Positions 37,301 through 49,384 of a DNA stretch of 64,000 nt are shown piece after piece. The position numbers and the translations under genes were made by a program. This DNA is from Perna viridis. Lineage: Eukaryota. Each line of letters starts with the position of its first letter. Position 1 is the first letter of the stretch. The stretch is taken from the NCBI GenBank assembly GCA_037379345.1, contig CM074513.1:26102001-26166000 (forward strand), in the 5' to 3' direction. The notes beneath the pieces were generated by a model. The model did not search any database. It was not told where the DNA came from and was given only the letters and a program-made list of their open reading frames with translations.

Positions 37301-40300
37301 CATATGATTTAATTCCTTTGTATATGTGGGAAATAACTCTTTCATGTGAAATCTGTAGCAGATTCATTCAATTTTAAAGCTAGAAAAAGATTAGCTTAAC
37401 TAAGCTAATATTCTGCTAGTATTCAAGCAAAACCATTTTTCACCAAGTTCAAAAATGATTTTTTAATACTTAAAATTGTATGAAATTATATGTAAATCAT
37501 TCAACACAACACTGTTTTTTTATATAGAAATCAAGCCAGGTCAATACAACCTCTATAAAGTTTACAATGTACACAACTTGTATCCTACCATCACACAAAT
37601 TTGAAAAAAATGTTATACTGAGTTCAGTATAAGTCTAGCTAGGCTTCTGAATGATTTTAAAATACCAGGAGCTATTTGAATCACTTAGTAGCCTAGCTAG
37701 AGTTGCATTGAAATCAGGATTACTTTTCAAAGTGGCATCACTTTGATTCAGGAATGTTAGCTTACCAAGTTCCTCTACATTTTACAAACAGTCCCTGCTT
37801 GTTATATGATCTAATGATGTATACAGAGCAATGTAAACTTTGAAGTCAATACAGAAAGTAACACAATGAGAGTGATTAAACAAAAAACCATGTTTCTTCT
37901 GAAACATTCAAATTCAAAACTGACATTACTAAATTAATCTGAAAAGAATCTGATATTACAGAAAACTGTCAATGAAAACAGAGACCATTTTTCAGTATCC
38001 AGTAAAATAGCCCGAAATTTACCAAGTAATAAGTAAGAACAATATAAAAATCTTAAAGTTGCCAATAAACAATTAATTCATACTCTATCTGAACTGTAAT
38101 ACTGTAGTCCATTTTCAGAAAAGACAAAAAATCTTCTCTTCCAATTCTTTCTCTGAAATGCCAAATCAGATCATACATTCAATACATTGGTTCCCATACT
38201 ATCAAGATTCCTTTTTTTTCAAAGATATTTTAAAACATCAACAGAACCTATTTTCATTAATACAGCTAGTTGAAATAGACCAGTTCCAATTTCAATACAA
38301 AAATCTACAAATTGTTAAAGTATCTATAACTCTGGTTATCATTTTGGCTGTATATCAAGTTACATTTATCAAATGATGAAACTCAAAAGATTCCATTCTC
38401 ATAAAAATTAGACTTTTGTATTTTTACATTTAGCGGTTTTAAAAATCAACAATATGCTAAAGACCTGCCAAGATAACTTCTTGGTTCTCAAGTCATATAT
38501 ATATATACATATATATATTATACCATTTTATTGCCTCAAATAAGTGATGAGGAAGCTTTTACATTGTTCATAGGTGAAAAAAAAATGATAAAGAAGACCT
38601 TTTTCGTAATCATTTTAATGATATGACAATAAAAATAGATAATGGAACACCCTCAGAGGAGATGAAGGAGGACCACTTTTGAGGAAAATATTGTTGCTCG
38701 GTTATAATATTACGGTTAAAAAAAATGCAGAAACAGAAAGCTGATGACAAGGCATCAGACCGGGAGACGGAATCAATTGACACTGTGTCTTCTTCCCTGC
38801 AAACATAGAAATATACATAAAAATATCAGATAACAAAATTGCATTTATATATCTTACGATTTGGGACTTGACAAAACATGGTTCGGGCTTAGTGTACAAA
38901 AGATGAAGAATTCCAGGGCTCGGGTCTTCAAAAATAAATTTTCAACCCCTGAGTAATTAACTTTAAGAGGCCTGATGACTGTTTCACTTACCATACCACC
39001 TTGTTTGACACAAAAACCACTGATGTAAGACTGCATATCATTGGCTGCTATGCCTGAAGACTCATCTGGACTATCTGAGCCTGAAGCCTCTTCTTCACTG
39101 GTCTGAAAAAATCGAGTCAATTATAAAGGCATGCCTAAAAAAAATGAATACCTGATGACTGAAGTTTAGAAATAATGCTATTTTAATATTAATTAACAGA
39201 ATCATGTATCTTACTTCCTTGATACTTTTGTTTGGTTAAATTTCTTCATCAAGTTAAACAATGGAACAGGTAGTTTATAAAGACTACTGGAAGTTTATCA
39301 TTTGATGTAAATAAAACTATTACGAAAAATCCGTCCAAGTAAAACAGTATAAAACATCAAACTTGACTTCTACCTTTAGAATAAGAAATTTTTTTACTCC
39401 ATGTGGCATTACAACAGGTCACAAAAATCGCACACACACACACACACACAAATGAAATGAATACTGGACACTAAAAATATTAACATCTTATTCAATAAAC
39501 CAAATGTAAGTAAAACAACACCAAGAATACTTAAATAGCACACACACACACTCAGGAAAGACAAGATAAACTATTTAATTCAACAAGCACCTAGAGGTTA
39601 CTATGGCTGTGATCAGCAAGTGCTTTAGGTGACTTTTAACATTCAAATGGTTCTAAAAACACCAGCAATATAAAGTTAACATGTATAAAACCAAAAATTT
39701 CTAAATGGTAATGAGTAAGGCACATTTGATCTGGGTCTTTAAATTATCTCCCTTTTTCTGTTGATATAGAATAGTTTATATTTAAGTTTTATTTTCATTA
39801 ATCATGCTTAAGATCTGAATATAACAGCTACACTTTGCACGCTATAATACATTCTAAAATGTTATTCTACAAAAAATGAATTTCCATGTTTTCACTTGCC
39901 TGATATCTATAATGACTAATACCTTATTGTTCTTTGCATGTTCAGCGAAAACTAAATGTTATTTTCAATGACTTAAGCAGTAAAACTTGTTATCTTATTG
40001 CATGGACTTATAATTTTAATGTAACTACACACAACAGTCAAAGAACCAATATGTCATATTCTAAATATAAAAAGCCACTAATGCTTGTCACATCAAACAA
40101 CAAAACCCCTTACCTGAATCTTACTGTACTATAAAACATTATGCATACAACAGATAAAACAAGTTCTAATTAAATTGTACTATGTGTCTTGTTGCCAAAA
40201 TAAAAAAAAAAAACAACTTCATAATTGCTGGAAAAAAATACATTTGTTTGCTTTAAACTGAAAAGCAAATCTACGTCAATACCTAATATTTTTTAATGAT

Positions 40301-43300
40301 CAAGAAAAATATGCATAACAGTTTGTTTGACAATGTTCCTTTTTTATTACATAATGTACACCACAAAGAAAGAAACAAGAATGTTGATCAAAGTAAATAG
40401 ATTGTACAAAAGAACAAGGTAGCTTTTAATATAATGATATACTGTTTAATTATCAATCTCCTTATGCATGTATATTTAATTCAATATTTTCTTTAAAAAG
40501 CTGAATATTGGACTGTTAATCATACCTGTCTATATCTATCATAGCATGTAACATGGAAAGTAAAAAGAAAGGTACACTGTTTGAGTTACTGACTTCAAAT
40601 TATTACATACTATACTGAAGTATAATTGCGTAAGGTTTTCCATATTGGCTTACTTATTGGTCCAAGGCTAGCCATATTGAACAAGCATATCTGAAGTCCA
40701 ATATGACTGCATGAGGACCAATAACTCAGCCAATATGGAAAACCTTACACAATTATACCTTAATTGACTAACCAGTCCAACACCTCCTATTGACCTTGGC
40801 CAATATTGATTTTAAGCAGGCCAATTTGATGTATTGGATAGGTAAAACCTGTATTGTATGGCTAAATCCTGTACTGGCACACTTTTGTATTTTGTATTGT
40901 ATAGGTAGTTTTGATCATATATAGGCTAAAATTTGAATATTAGTCAATAAAATCTTTTTCCAGAGTAATCAAGGGAAACCAGATTCAAGCAGAAATCAAA
41001 AGAATATATCCAAGGATAAAGACTAGACAGGAAAAATAGACACACACAACATTGAACATGAAATAACCAAAATAACATGTACAAAGAAACAAAAGAAAAA
41101 CAAAAGAGCAATTTTAAAAATTCATGGTAACTCAATAACAATTTCTTAGTATGCATTGCAAGAAATATCTTTCCTTTCAAATTTTTTGACATCTTCAAAA
41201 ATTGTACCATACAAATTCCTAAATACAATAGAGGTATATTTTATATTCAGTAATTAAGTTTAGCTAAATTAAAATGAGCCGCACCAGCAAATCATCATGC
41301 AGCTTTTTAAAATTTGAGTAAAAACATAACTTACAAACAAGCCAGTTATGGATTCATGTAAAAGACAACCAATTATGCCTATAATTCAAAAATAATATTG
41401 GTACACAATATTTTTATTTACCTTCATGGGTATCTTACAAACAACACCACCAGCAATCTCAGCAGTAAATCCTGTTTTAGAATCTTTTCTGGTTGGTCCA
41501 TCTCTTGAATCATGTTCTGGAATCTGAAAAAAACCAATGAAATCTTGTTTAAGTTCAGTATCATTGGTTGCTGGACAGTGTTTACTTAAGGAGTCTACAT
41601 TTTTGTAACTGCTCAATTAATATTTCCATGTCTTTCCTTATTTATACAAACAAATTCCAAATTCACAAGTATTTCCATTGTATTATATTACATGTATACC
41701 AAAAATATTACAACAAAACATGTCTCTACTGTCTGAAAACCTTACTAAACTAACAATATTCAAAAACATATGGCATAGTGTTGTTAAACACAACTTGGAA
41801 GCTTTTTTGAACTAAGATTTCTTGTTTGAACTTGTACTTTCTATATTACATCACACTACTTACAATTCTCCTCAAATAAAAAAAAAAAGAACAAAAAACT
41901 AACTGTTATTTTACTGGCATCATTTAATGCCTTTATCCATCCATCCAAATCATCTGCATCCTCAGCTTCCAAAAACAAGGAACGGCCTGCATATGTTATA
42001 GCTGTAATTGTAATAAAATATCAAAACATACAAAATAGTGTTCAATCTAAACATTTATCACATATCCATTAATACTGATAACAGGGACACAGCTAGAAAC
42101 TGAGGGTCAATCTCAAAAACAAAATATATCATATCACAGATATAATGGTAGACAAGGAGTCAACAGACATAGGATGAGGCTTATCAGAAGATCTGACATG
42201 TAAAGCAATTTCAAGTCAAATATGCACTTTTAAAAACAAATCCTATTGCCAAAAATATTACTTGACATCAGGTAGTCCAAGAAGGAACTCCAAAAAGAAA
42301 CTTTTGTGTATATTTTACAGGCTAAAACGGAATACAAAAATATACATATTGCTACTGGAAAATGAAACCAAATCATTTTACACATCATGATGCCAACAAA
42401 ATCTGGCATTGGTGAAATCCATAGTAAAAATTCCCCTAAATATCATTACATTAAAATGTACAGTAAAATAATAGGACTTCAGATTTTAACTCTGAACAAA
42501 ATAAAATTAACTTTGATTCTATGTGATACTTACAGAAGCAGTTGTCCACCTTTGGTCGTAGCTTCCTGGCATCACTAACCTACATCATTAAACAACAATT
42601 CATCTATAGACTATCCATCAAATAGTTCGACACTTAAAGTCAACAACAATAAAAATGTAACATACAAAAATTTGTAATGAAAAATATACGTACAATGCAC
42701 ATGAAATTCAGACATATTAGACATTAATTATCTGATAATTATATGTATATTTCTATATTGGAAGAATAAGCTTTCTTAAGTACATGTATATGAAATGCCA
42801 ATCTCCAGTTTTTGTTGTTGAAAGTTCCATAAAGCAGAAATAAAAAAAATGAAGGCACCATGTTTCTAAATAAAATACTTAAAGCTGCATTAGCTGCCAA
42901 ATTTGTTCAGTTTTGATTCTATTGAATTTTGCTGATTCAATGAAATAAGTTTGTAGTAATGCAATTGAAGCAATAAATGTTGACAATACAGAATAACAAT
43001 GTTTTTTTAATCAGAGAAGATCCATAGCCCTGCTCTAATTATTTTTTGCCTTTACTTCTGAAGATTACCGACAGGACATTCACCTGGGTTAAAAATACTT
43101 TCACCTTGGTAAAAAAATAACAATAACGAATACACAGGTAAGCACATGTCTTGTTTTCATTTCATTTATCTATTTCTTGATTAGTTTTCAAATAGATAAT
43201 GACCATATTTGTGCCACGTTATATCAAAATACGTAAATTTCAAAAGGATCCTTGCGTTATATTCCAATTTTTTTTCTTTTATGGCTTGAGACTGTCTGTC

Positions 43301-44554
43301 TTCCTTGCCGTTGAATAACCACTTTTGCTTTGCAATCAGATTTGTTATTAAAGAAGCAACCCTTACAGCACATGTGTGGATTAAGGTCACCAGAAGTCCC
43401 ATGCATACGAATTTATCTAGGTCAATTTTTTGTCTTGTAAGACAATAAATATTTAGACACCTATTTCATGTATTTAATGCATTTTATTTGTGGATATCAA
43501 ATGAAATTATGCAGGAAAAGTACAATTTAGTGGAAATAATTCAAAGTTAAGACATATTTCAACAGAAACAAAAATTTACAAAAATGACAGCTAATGCAGC
43601 TTTAAATCTTTCAACATGTTTTAAAGTCATGATATGACATTTAACTTAATGCATTGATAATTGAATGGTTAGATACCATTTTACCATAATTGATTTGTTC
43701 AAAGTCCATAACAATGATAAAAAAGTATTTAAGAGTTTTGTAAAATAATTGCTGCTTTCTTCATAATTACAGAGAAATTTATACAACCTTTGATATAAAA
43801 TGTATCTCTATTTCTCCACTATGTTGTCTGTAGTCAGCATGGAGATTCTGAAATAAACATTGAGATCAATAAAACAGATGAACAAAAAACAGTTTAAATA
43901 AATAACTGTAAGTCAAAGATAAGTGAGAAACACTTTAATTAGACAACATCAGTCACAGTTCTGACATACATCTTCTCTTCTAATCTTCGTGTTATTTTTT
44001 AAAATTCTAAGTCTCATATTGGATGACTTTATAAGAACCATAGATGATTCCTAATTAATTTAGAGGTCACAACAAGTACAACATGTAAACCTATAAAAAA
44101 TTATTTACTCATTCTATTATCAAGTTTCATCAAATTCAGATTTTAAATATGTCCCATTCACACTATCATTCTACAAAATGTGCGATTAATACAAAATGAC
44201 ATTTCTAATGCATCAGTTCAATCTAAAAGCCTACTTCATACAGACAAATGCTGCTTGCTAGTTACTAGTATTAAATTCTTATAAATTATAGCTACATGTA
44301 CATGTAAATAATAAAATTAAGAAGAACCTGAAAGTCAAGTTGGATTTACATGAGCTGTAAACTGAAAATCTGAAATTAATCTACCAGAATGCCACAAAAT
44401 GTAAAATTCTAACCTCAGGGTTATCTTTATAATAGTATAATCTACTATGTTTCTGGTCTAATAGGAAGTACCGTCTGAGGAACTTTCCACTTTGTTCTTT
44501 TTCTTCAGCATTTAAAAATCCACATATTCTTCCATACTTATCTTTATAAGGCAT
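25354..44554 (-). CDS. PLEKHA1: Tandem PH domain-containing protein (TAPP1/TAPP2, PLEKHA1/2 homologue); exact 3' exon chain uncertain
   Basis: Minus-strand GT-AG exons in phase: 44554-44414 (MPYKDKYGRICGFLNAEEKEQSGKFLRRYFLLD..DNPE), 43847-43788, 42579-42534 (VSDARKLRPK), 42001-41904, 41523-41422 (AEIAGGV), 39102-38992 (GFCVKQGGM), 38152-38084 (RKNWKRRFF), 37290-37232 (KEPLRTLP), 35096-35036 (RDNLFEIVT..RTFYIQ), 33328-33254; 274 aa, closely following human TAPP1 as remembered. Candidate terminal exons: 30508-30469, 29880-29851, 27715-27708, 27600-27566, 26931-26874, 25431-25354. Confidence 0.9.
31292..32136. mobile_element. Non-autonomous Tc1/mariner (pogo/Tigger-like) DNA element, 845 bp
   Basis: Imperfect TIRs CAGTTAAACCTGTCTATAGTAACC / GGTCACTAGTACAGGTTTGACTG flanked by TA on both sides; no transposase ORF in the track. 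Confidence 0.75.
32449..32935. mobile_element. hAT-like MITE containing a nested second MITE (about 32524-32806)
   Basis: Perfect 14-bp TIRs CAGGGTATGACATT / AATGTCATACCCTG; 8-bp TSD CCTCCTCC / CCTCCTTC. The inner element has CAGGGGCGTAGCT...AGCTACGCCCG ends with ATATT on both flanks. Confidence 0.8.
34057..34477. mobile_element. Two adjacent, oppositely oriented copies of an about 200-bp TACTGTGAA-type MITE
   Basis: Copy 1 at 34057-34265 and copy 2 at about 34268-34477; both share GGTACCAATTTT and the ATGGAAAT.TC core with 58501-58694 and about 50617-50821. Confidence 0.75.
35938..37217. mobile_element. Harbinger-like MITE interrupted by a HINE insertion
   Basis: Left GGCTAAAAAAAAAAGCTACGTTTTCAGGCC and right GGCCTGAGAATCTAGCCATTTTTTTATACGGCC are imperfect inverted repeats; CAA/TAA flanks. 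Confidence 0.55.
36296..37175 (+). mobile_element. Helentron-associated interspersed element (HINE) with 328-bp internal tandem repeats
   Basis: T-rich target; subterminal IR GTCACCTG (36303) / CAGGTGGGC (37140); 5' GGCCAAAGGCC stem; GTC-like microsatellite; 3' palindrome AGGCTCC-TG-GGAGCCT then CTTGTTT; TCTTCTCCTCTGA repeats at 36388 and 36716. Confidence 0.85.
39431..39450. repeat. (CA)10 microsatellite
   Basis: Perfect CA run; a shorter run is near 39540. Confidence 0.95.
40620..40758. repeat. Foldback hairpin / palindromic MITE (about 60-bp arms)
   Basis: GTATAATTGCGTAAGGTTTTCCATATTGGCT.A.TTATTGGTCC pairs with GGACCAATAACTCAGCCAATATGGAAAACCTTACACAATTATAC. Confidence 0.88.
42883..43601. 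mobile_element. Kolobok-like non-autonomous DNA transposon, 719 bp
   Basis: Perfect 14-bp TIRs AGCTGCATTAGCTG / CAGCTAATGCAGCT; TTAA at 42879-42882 and 43602-43605; AG...CT termini. Confidence 0.82.
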
Positions 44555-45779
44555 TGTTTTTCTTCATCTTAGCATCTGCAAGTATAAATATATAATACAA
44601 GACATTGTATATGCTTAGTCATAATGTGCAAAGCATCATAAATAGGTAAATGAAGTGGATTTTTACAGTAATACCAGTTAACAGCAGAGATTTGGGTAAA
44701 TTTATAAATTGTATATTGCATATCTATGAGTTGTGGAGTCAAGGGCATTGGTCAAAATTAATTCCCTTCTACTTAACCATTTACAAATATATTAATCAAC
44801 CAAGTACATGTTCACCAAATTTACCTCATGGTAATTTTATACTTTAGATTGGTACATGTATCTGTACAGTTGTACTTTTAGTTTACACTACTTATAAAAC
44901 CTTGGTAGGTAGATACATATCAAAACATTTCTTTCAGTATTATCAAAATACTGTGAGCAGGATCACAGTGTAAATACAAATGTACAATTTACTTTAACTT
45001 AGATGAAAAACATGTACCACCTTATGTTGGAACAAAGAAGAGTTTCTTCTTAATACAGACAGATACATTTTGTAAATTGAAGAACATTGTGGTTCCTACA
45101 ATGTACATGCTGGGACAATAACAAATTAAGATGACTGCATGTTTATGTCTATCAATTATGCCATCAAAGCCATATGATGTGGCATTATGTGTTTATCCAT
45201 TATATGGAACACTCTATACAAAGATGTTCATAAGAGTACTCAAGTACTAAAAGCCTAATGTAGGAGATTTTCTAACGTTTTGAAGGAAACAAAGAATATA
45301 AATCAAAACTTTGATTCCATTTGTGCATAAGTATTATGAAAATATAAGAAAACATGACAGGTCTGTTAAATCATGTAATACGATTGTTACGATTATTCAG
45401 TACAAGAATACAGCAACAGATGCCACAATATAGCCCTCATCTGAACAATTTTTTAATTAAAAGTGCACAAGGAGTAAATACATGACAAGTGAACTGTAAT
45501 GTATATTGATACTTGAAGAGGAAGTTAGCTGCTTAATAAGTAAAGAGAATGGTGTGTGTTTCTCGAATAAATGCATAACAAATATATATTTTCTAGTAAG
45601 TAGCTTAAACTGATGCATATTCTAGTAATGGATTGGATCCCCTTTGACTCAGTGTTAAATGCAAGTGACTAGAGACTAGAGTATTTAATTTGATGACAAT
45701 TTATATTCTGGAGTATCAATTAATTTTCATTGTACATGCATATGTATCATTTTAAACACAGAACGTCAGAAGAAAAAAT

Positions 45780-46210
45780 GATTCAGGGTTCACTACGATT
45801 TTAGAAATGTGAATCACATGTAACTTTCGTACACTCATTCAACGTAAACATATACTGTCCTGCTCTTCCGTCTTTTTGGTGTAAATCTCCTTCCTTTGTG
45901 GTTATACCGACTTCATTGGTTCAATTCAGGATGCGGAAGTAAATAAAAAATGTGGGCTTTCTCAAACGGTATTTTTATTCCAGTCACCGCATTAACTTTT
46001 GAGGTATTTACAACATAGCGAGTTCAAAGAAAAGTACTGAAACCTTTTATTGTGAAAATATGATCATATTGGCATGTTTTAATCTGGAAAATACAATTTT
46101 TACTGATGGTAGATAGTACTTTTTTACCTATCACCGTATTTTTTTAAGACGTAAGCGGTAATGTTGTTGGTTATTCTCATGTGCGCTAGCGACTAAATAC
46201 GTTTGTTCTA
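45780..46210. promoter_or_regulatory. Candidate bidirectional promoter between the TAPP gene (-) and SLU7 (+)
   Basis: Local CpG enrichment in otherwise CpG-poor DNA; ETS motif GCGGAAGT at 45933-45940, CTTCCG at about 45867, ATTGG at about 45915; plus-strand donor GTAAGC at 46151. Both flanking ATG exons begin with splice acceptors (44575, 49370), so non-coding first exons are expected between them. Confidence 0.55.
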
Positions 46211-46536
46211 CTCTGCTTGAAAAAAGAAACATGTAGAAAAAGAAAAATATATCATAATTCATATGATTAGTTGAAAGGTTGGTAGATTATAATTCTTCCC
46301 CAATGAAGTTTGGTGCTCGTTTCATTTCTCATTTTCAGAATGAATCGTTTTAGGGTTATTCCTAGAGTTACAAATACAAAATACAAATATTTTTATTTGC
46401 TTAATCAGCGCCTTTCTGGGCAATGTAATGCACAAATTCGAAAAAAGAGATGAAAATACAATTTACAGAGCCTATGAATCACAAACAAGCATATACCAAA
46501 CATAGTTGACAAATAACGACATACAAAACCATTCAT

Positions 46537-47393
46537 TAGGGGTTTCAGGTGAAATTTTGACAGGGAAATGTAGTGTTTTTATGTTGTTATATGAAAATAC
46601 TATTTAATAGAAACAACACACAATTTACCTGATCAAAAAATTCCTACAAATACCCGAGTTATTACAGTTTTTTTGTAATCAATTTGCTACATATGTCTTA
46701 TATAGCACAAAGGTACCAGATATGGCCAAATAAGCACCTTTTTCAACATTAATTTTATTATAACTTTTTAAAATTGATTATTAACTCAATAAAACTATAT
46801 ATTTTGTGAAAGGTTTATGAGTCCTGCGCAAAATCAAATGAACATAAAATTAAATTTTCAAGATGGCCGCCAACAAAATGGCCACCAATTATAGGCTGTA
46901 TAATATAGCCTCTGCGACTTGATGAAATGAGGAAATGGTTAAACACCATGGTTTGGCTGAAATAAATTCATTATATCTCATTCTAAAATGTATTCATTTT
47001 TATGTTCTAACCTTGAATTATCATACATCATTGGAATCTGTAGGATGTAAGCTGTCCGATGGTTGGTCAATATTTTTAGTTCCTTCCTTTATTTAGCATG
47101 GAACAGCCAATAAAAACATAGATGGCGCCAAAATTTACCTAAATATAGATGCCACGTTTTCAAATTGTGTTCATGTTGACGAATACGGTAACCCCAGTCT
47201 TCCGTCCATAACTTCGTTATTTCGATGTCGATTCACATAATTTTTGTAAGCAGAATGGTTATATTTATTTATATTATGTTTATTCATAATTATCATAGAT
47301 GTGATACTAAACTACTCATAGCGTGATTTAAAGTCGTTCAATTTTTCTGTGAAAAACATCATCGGATAAAAGTCACGTGACCTGAACCCCCTA
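46537..47393. mobile_element. Non-autonomous TIR DNA transposon (857 bp) with a 7-bp TSD
   Basis: TIRs TAGGGGTTTCAGGT / ACCTGAACCCCCTA (one mismatch); CATTCAT duplicated at 46530-46536 and 47394-47400; CpG-rich interior. Confidence 0.8.
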
Positions 47394-49384
47394 CATTCAT
47401 GCCTGATTTGCATTAGTTTTGACACATACAATGTAGATGGTCCTGTCACCAATTTTTGCTAGTCCCCTATTTTCATAAACTGATTTTTAATTGCTTATAA
47501 CTGTCACTTCTGATCAGATATCTTGCAATGTATGTCTTCTTAAATATGCTGTCTGCTAAGCAAATATGTAGGGCGACTGGTGGTGATTTGCTGAAAAGTA
47601 GTAAGTTAATTCTTAATAAATATATTATCCTCCATTTTTAGTTGCTTTCACTAATGCCCATTTGTTTTCAAATTTAACTCTCAAGATAATTTGGCCATGT
47701 TACTTAGATGAACCTTTTTTGCAGTAGTGACCTTCCATGGAAATCTTTTTAATGAATTCATGGTACTGTCATGTGATCATTGTTCATATTAAGAAAATTA
47801 TGACGAACTTAAACGACATCAGTCCTTATTTATTTCTCAAGAAATTCACTCTGTTGATATAAATAAATTTCCCAAAAATTGATTTAGTACAAAAAATTTC
47901 TAAGAATATATATTTTTTCTTGGCATGCTTTTTTTTCCACAAGGAGGCAGGGTTAGACTTTTAATGATTTAAGGGTTTGTAATTTCTACAAGAGTTCATG
48001 GATTTTTGGAGGTAAGATTTTCATCGAAGGACAATTTTTTTTAATCCTTTCTTGTGTTATTTGTATCAATTCCAGATTAAATATGACAGTTGTCAGTTCT
48101 AGAAAATACTATTTACACAGTTAACATAATTTTGACCTTGCCCTAGTGCCAGTAGTTCCATCTAGATTTATCAATGAAAACTCATGGAAATTTCTTTAAA
48201 TTTGCAATTTTTATTCTTTAATGGACTATTTACTTATTTCTAAAATCATGGTTCCAAGCATTTATGAAATTTAAAGCAAAATATCCAGAAATGAACTTAC
48301 ATTCACAAAAAATGGTGACTCAAGTTTGATTAAGGGGAAAATATCACAGACAGATATGCTGAATAGACTGACTATAATTTTTTACATGAGAATGTGTTGA
48401 TGAATAAAAATTCTTGCTATTTGTGTATCAGAAGAGCATGATCATTCATGTCTGTAACACCAAGGATTGACATGCACAATATCAACCTAAAAGTTATGAA
48501 ATGCATTAGAAGAGGGGTACTCCACAGTACCACTAAATCACTCTTTTTGTAAAGCACACCAACCCAATATATCAATATTCAATTAAAAAAGTAGACTATC
48601 ATATAAATGATTTCATACCAATTTTGAATTAAAATGAAACCATTTTCAGTATAAGGCTACATGTAGCTAGACTTCTATGCAATTAGAATAGCTCTCTGGG
48701 TAGAAATCTGTCTTACCAATGCATCCAACTGAAAATTCATTGAGCATCTGCATGCAGTCTGTAATAATCAAAATGACTTGTATGGTTTTAACCTTTAACT
48801 TTTGCTACCCATTGTTTTAGGTAGCTTTTGCTTTAGTGGTCAAAAATAGTTTGTTTCTGACTGGTCAGCAACTTATTGAATTTATTGAATAAAAATTCTC
48901 TTCAGCAACAAAATGAGATTTCACTTGTTACCATAATGCTAAGTTTTCTATTTCTGTTCTATAAATTTGGATTTTTAAATCTTGAATCTGAAACACAGCA
49001 AATAGTATCACAGGTAATTTTCTGCTCCAGCATTGGGAGTATTAAATTTTCATGGTCTGTATTTTCAGTGACTTTAGATTTAATGGAATGAAATTTACAA
49101 TGTATAACATACCATAATGACATAAAATGAATGTGAACTGTAGGAACCTTTTCAATATAAAACTACATGAATTTTTTTTTAGATAAATCAGTGGTCTTAT
49201 TACAATATGTGTCAATAAAGTCATATATCTTAATTTGTCAGTAATAAAGTTAGAACTTGATATTGATACTCTTGAACAACTCGTATGTAGAAAGAGGATA
49301 TTTGACTTTAAGTGCCAGGGATTCTCTTTACTGATGTCATATTAAATGTTGACCACAATTTTTTTGTAGGAATTATTTACAGCC

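Noticed and set aside
46370-46400. TACAAA repeats plus TTTATT resembling the 3' tail of an antisense retroelement
   Set aside because: No recognisable reverse transcriptase or SINE body could be read next to it.
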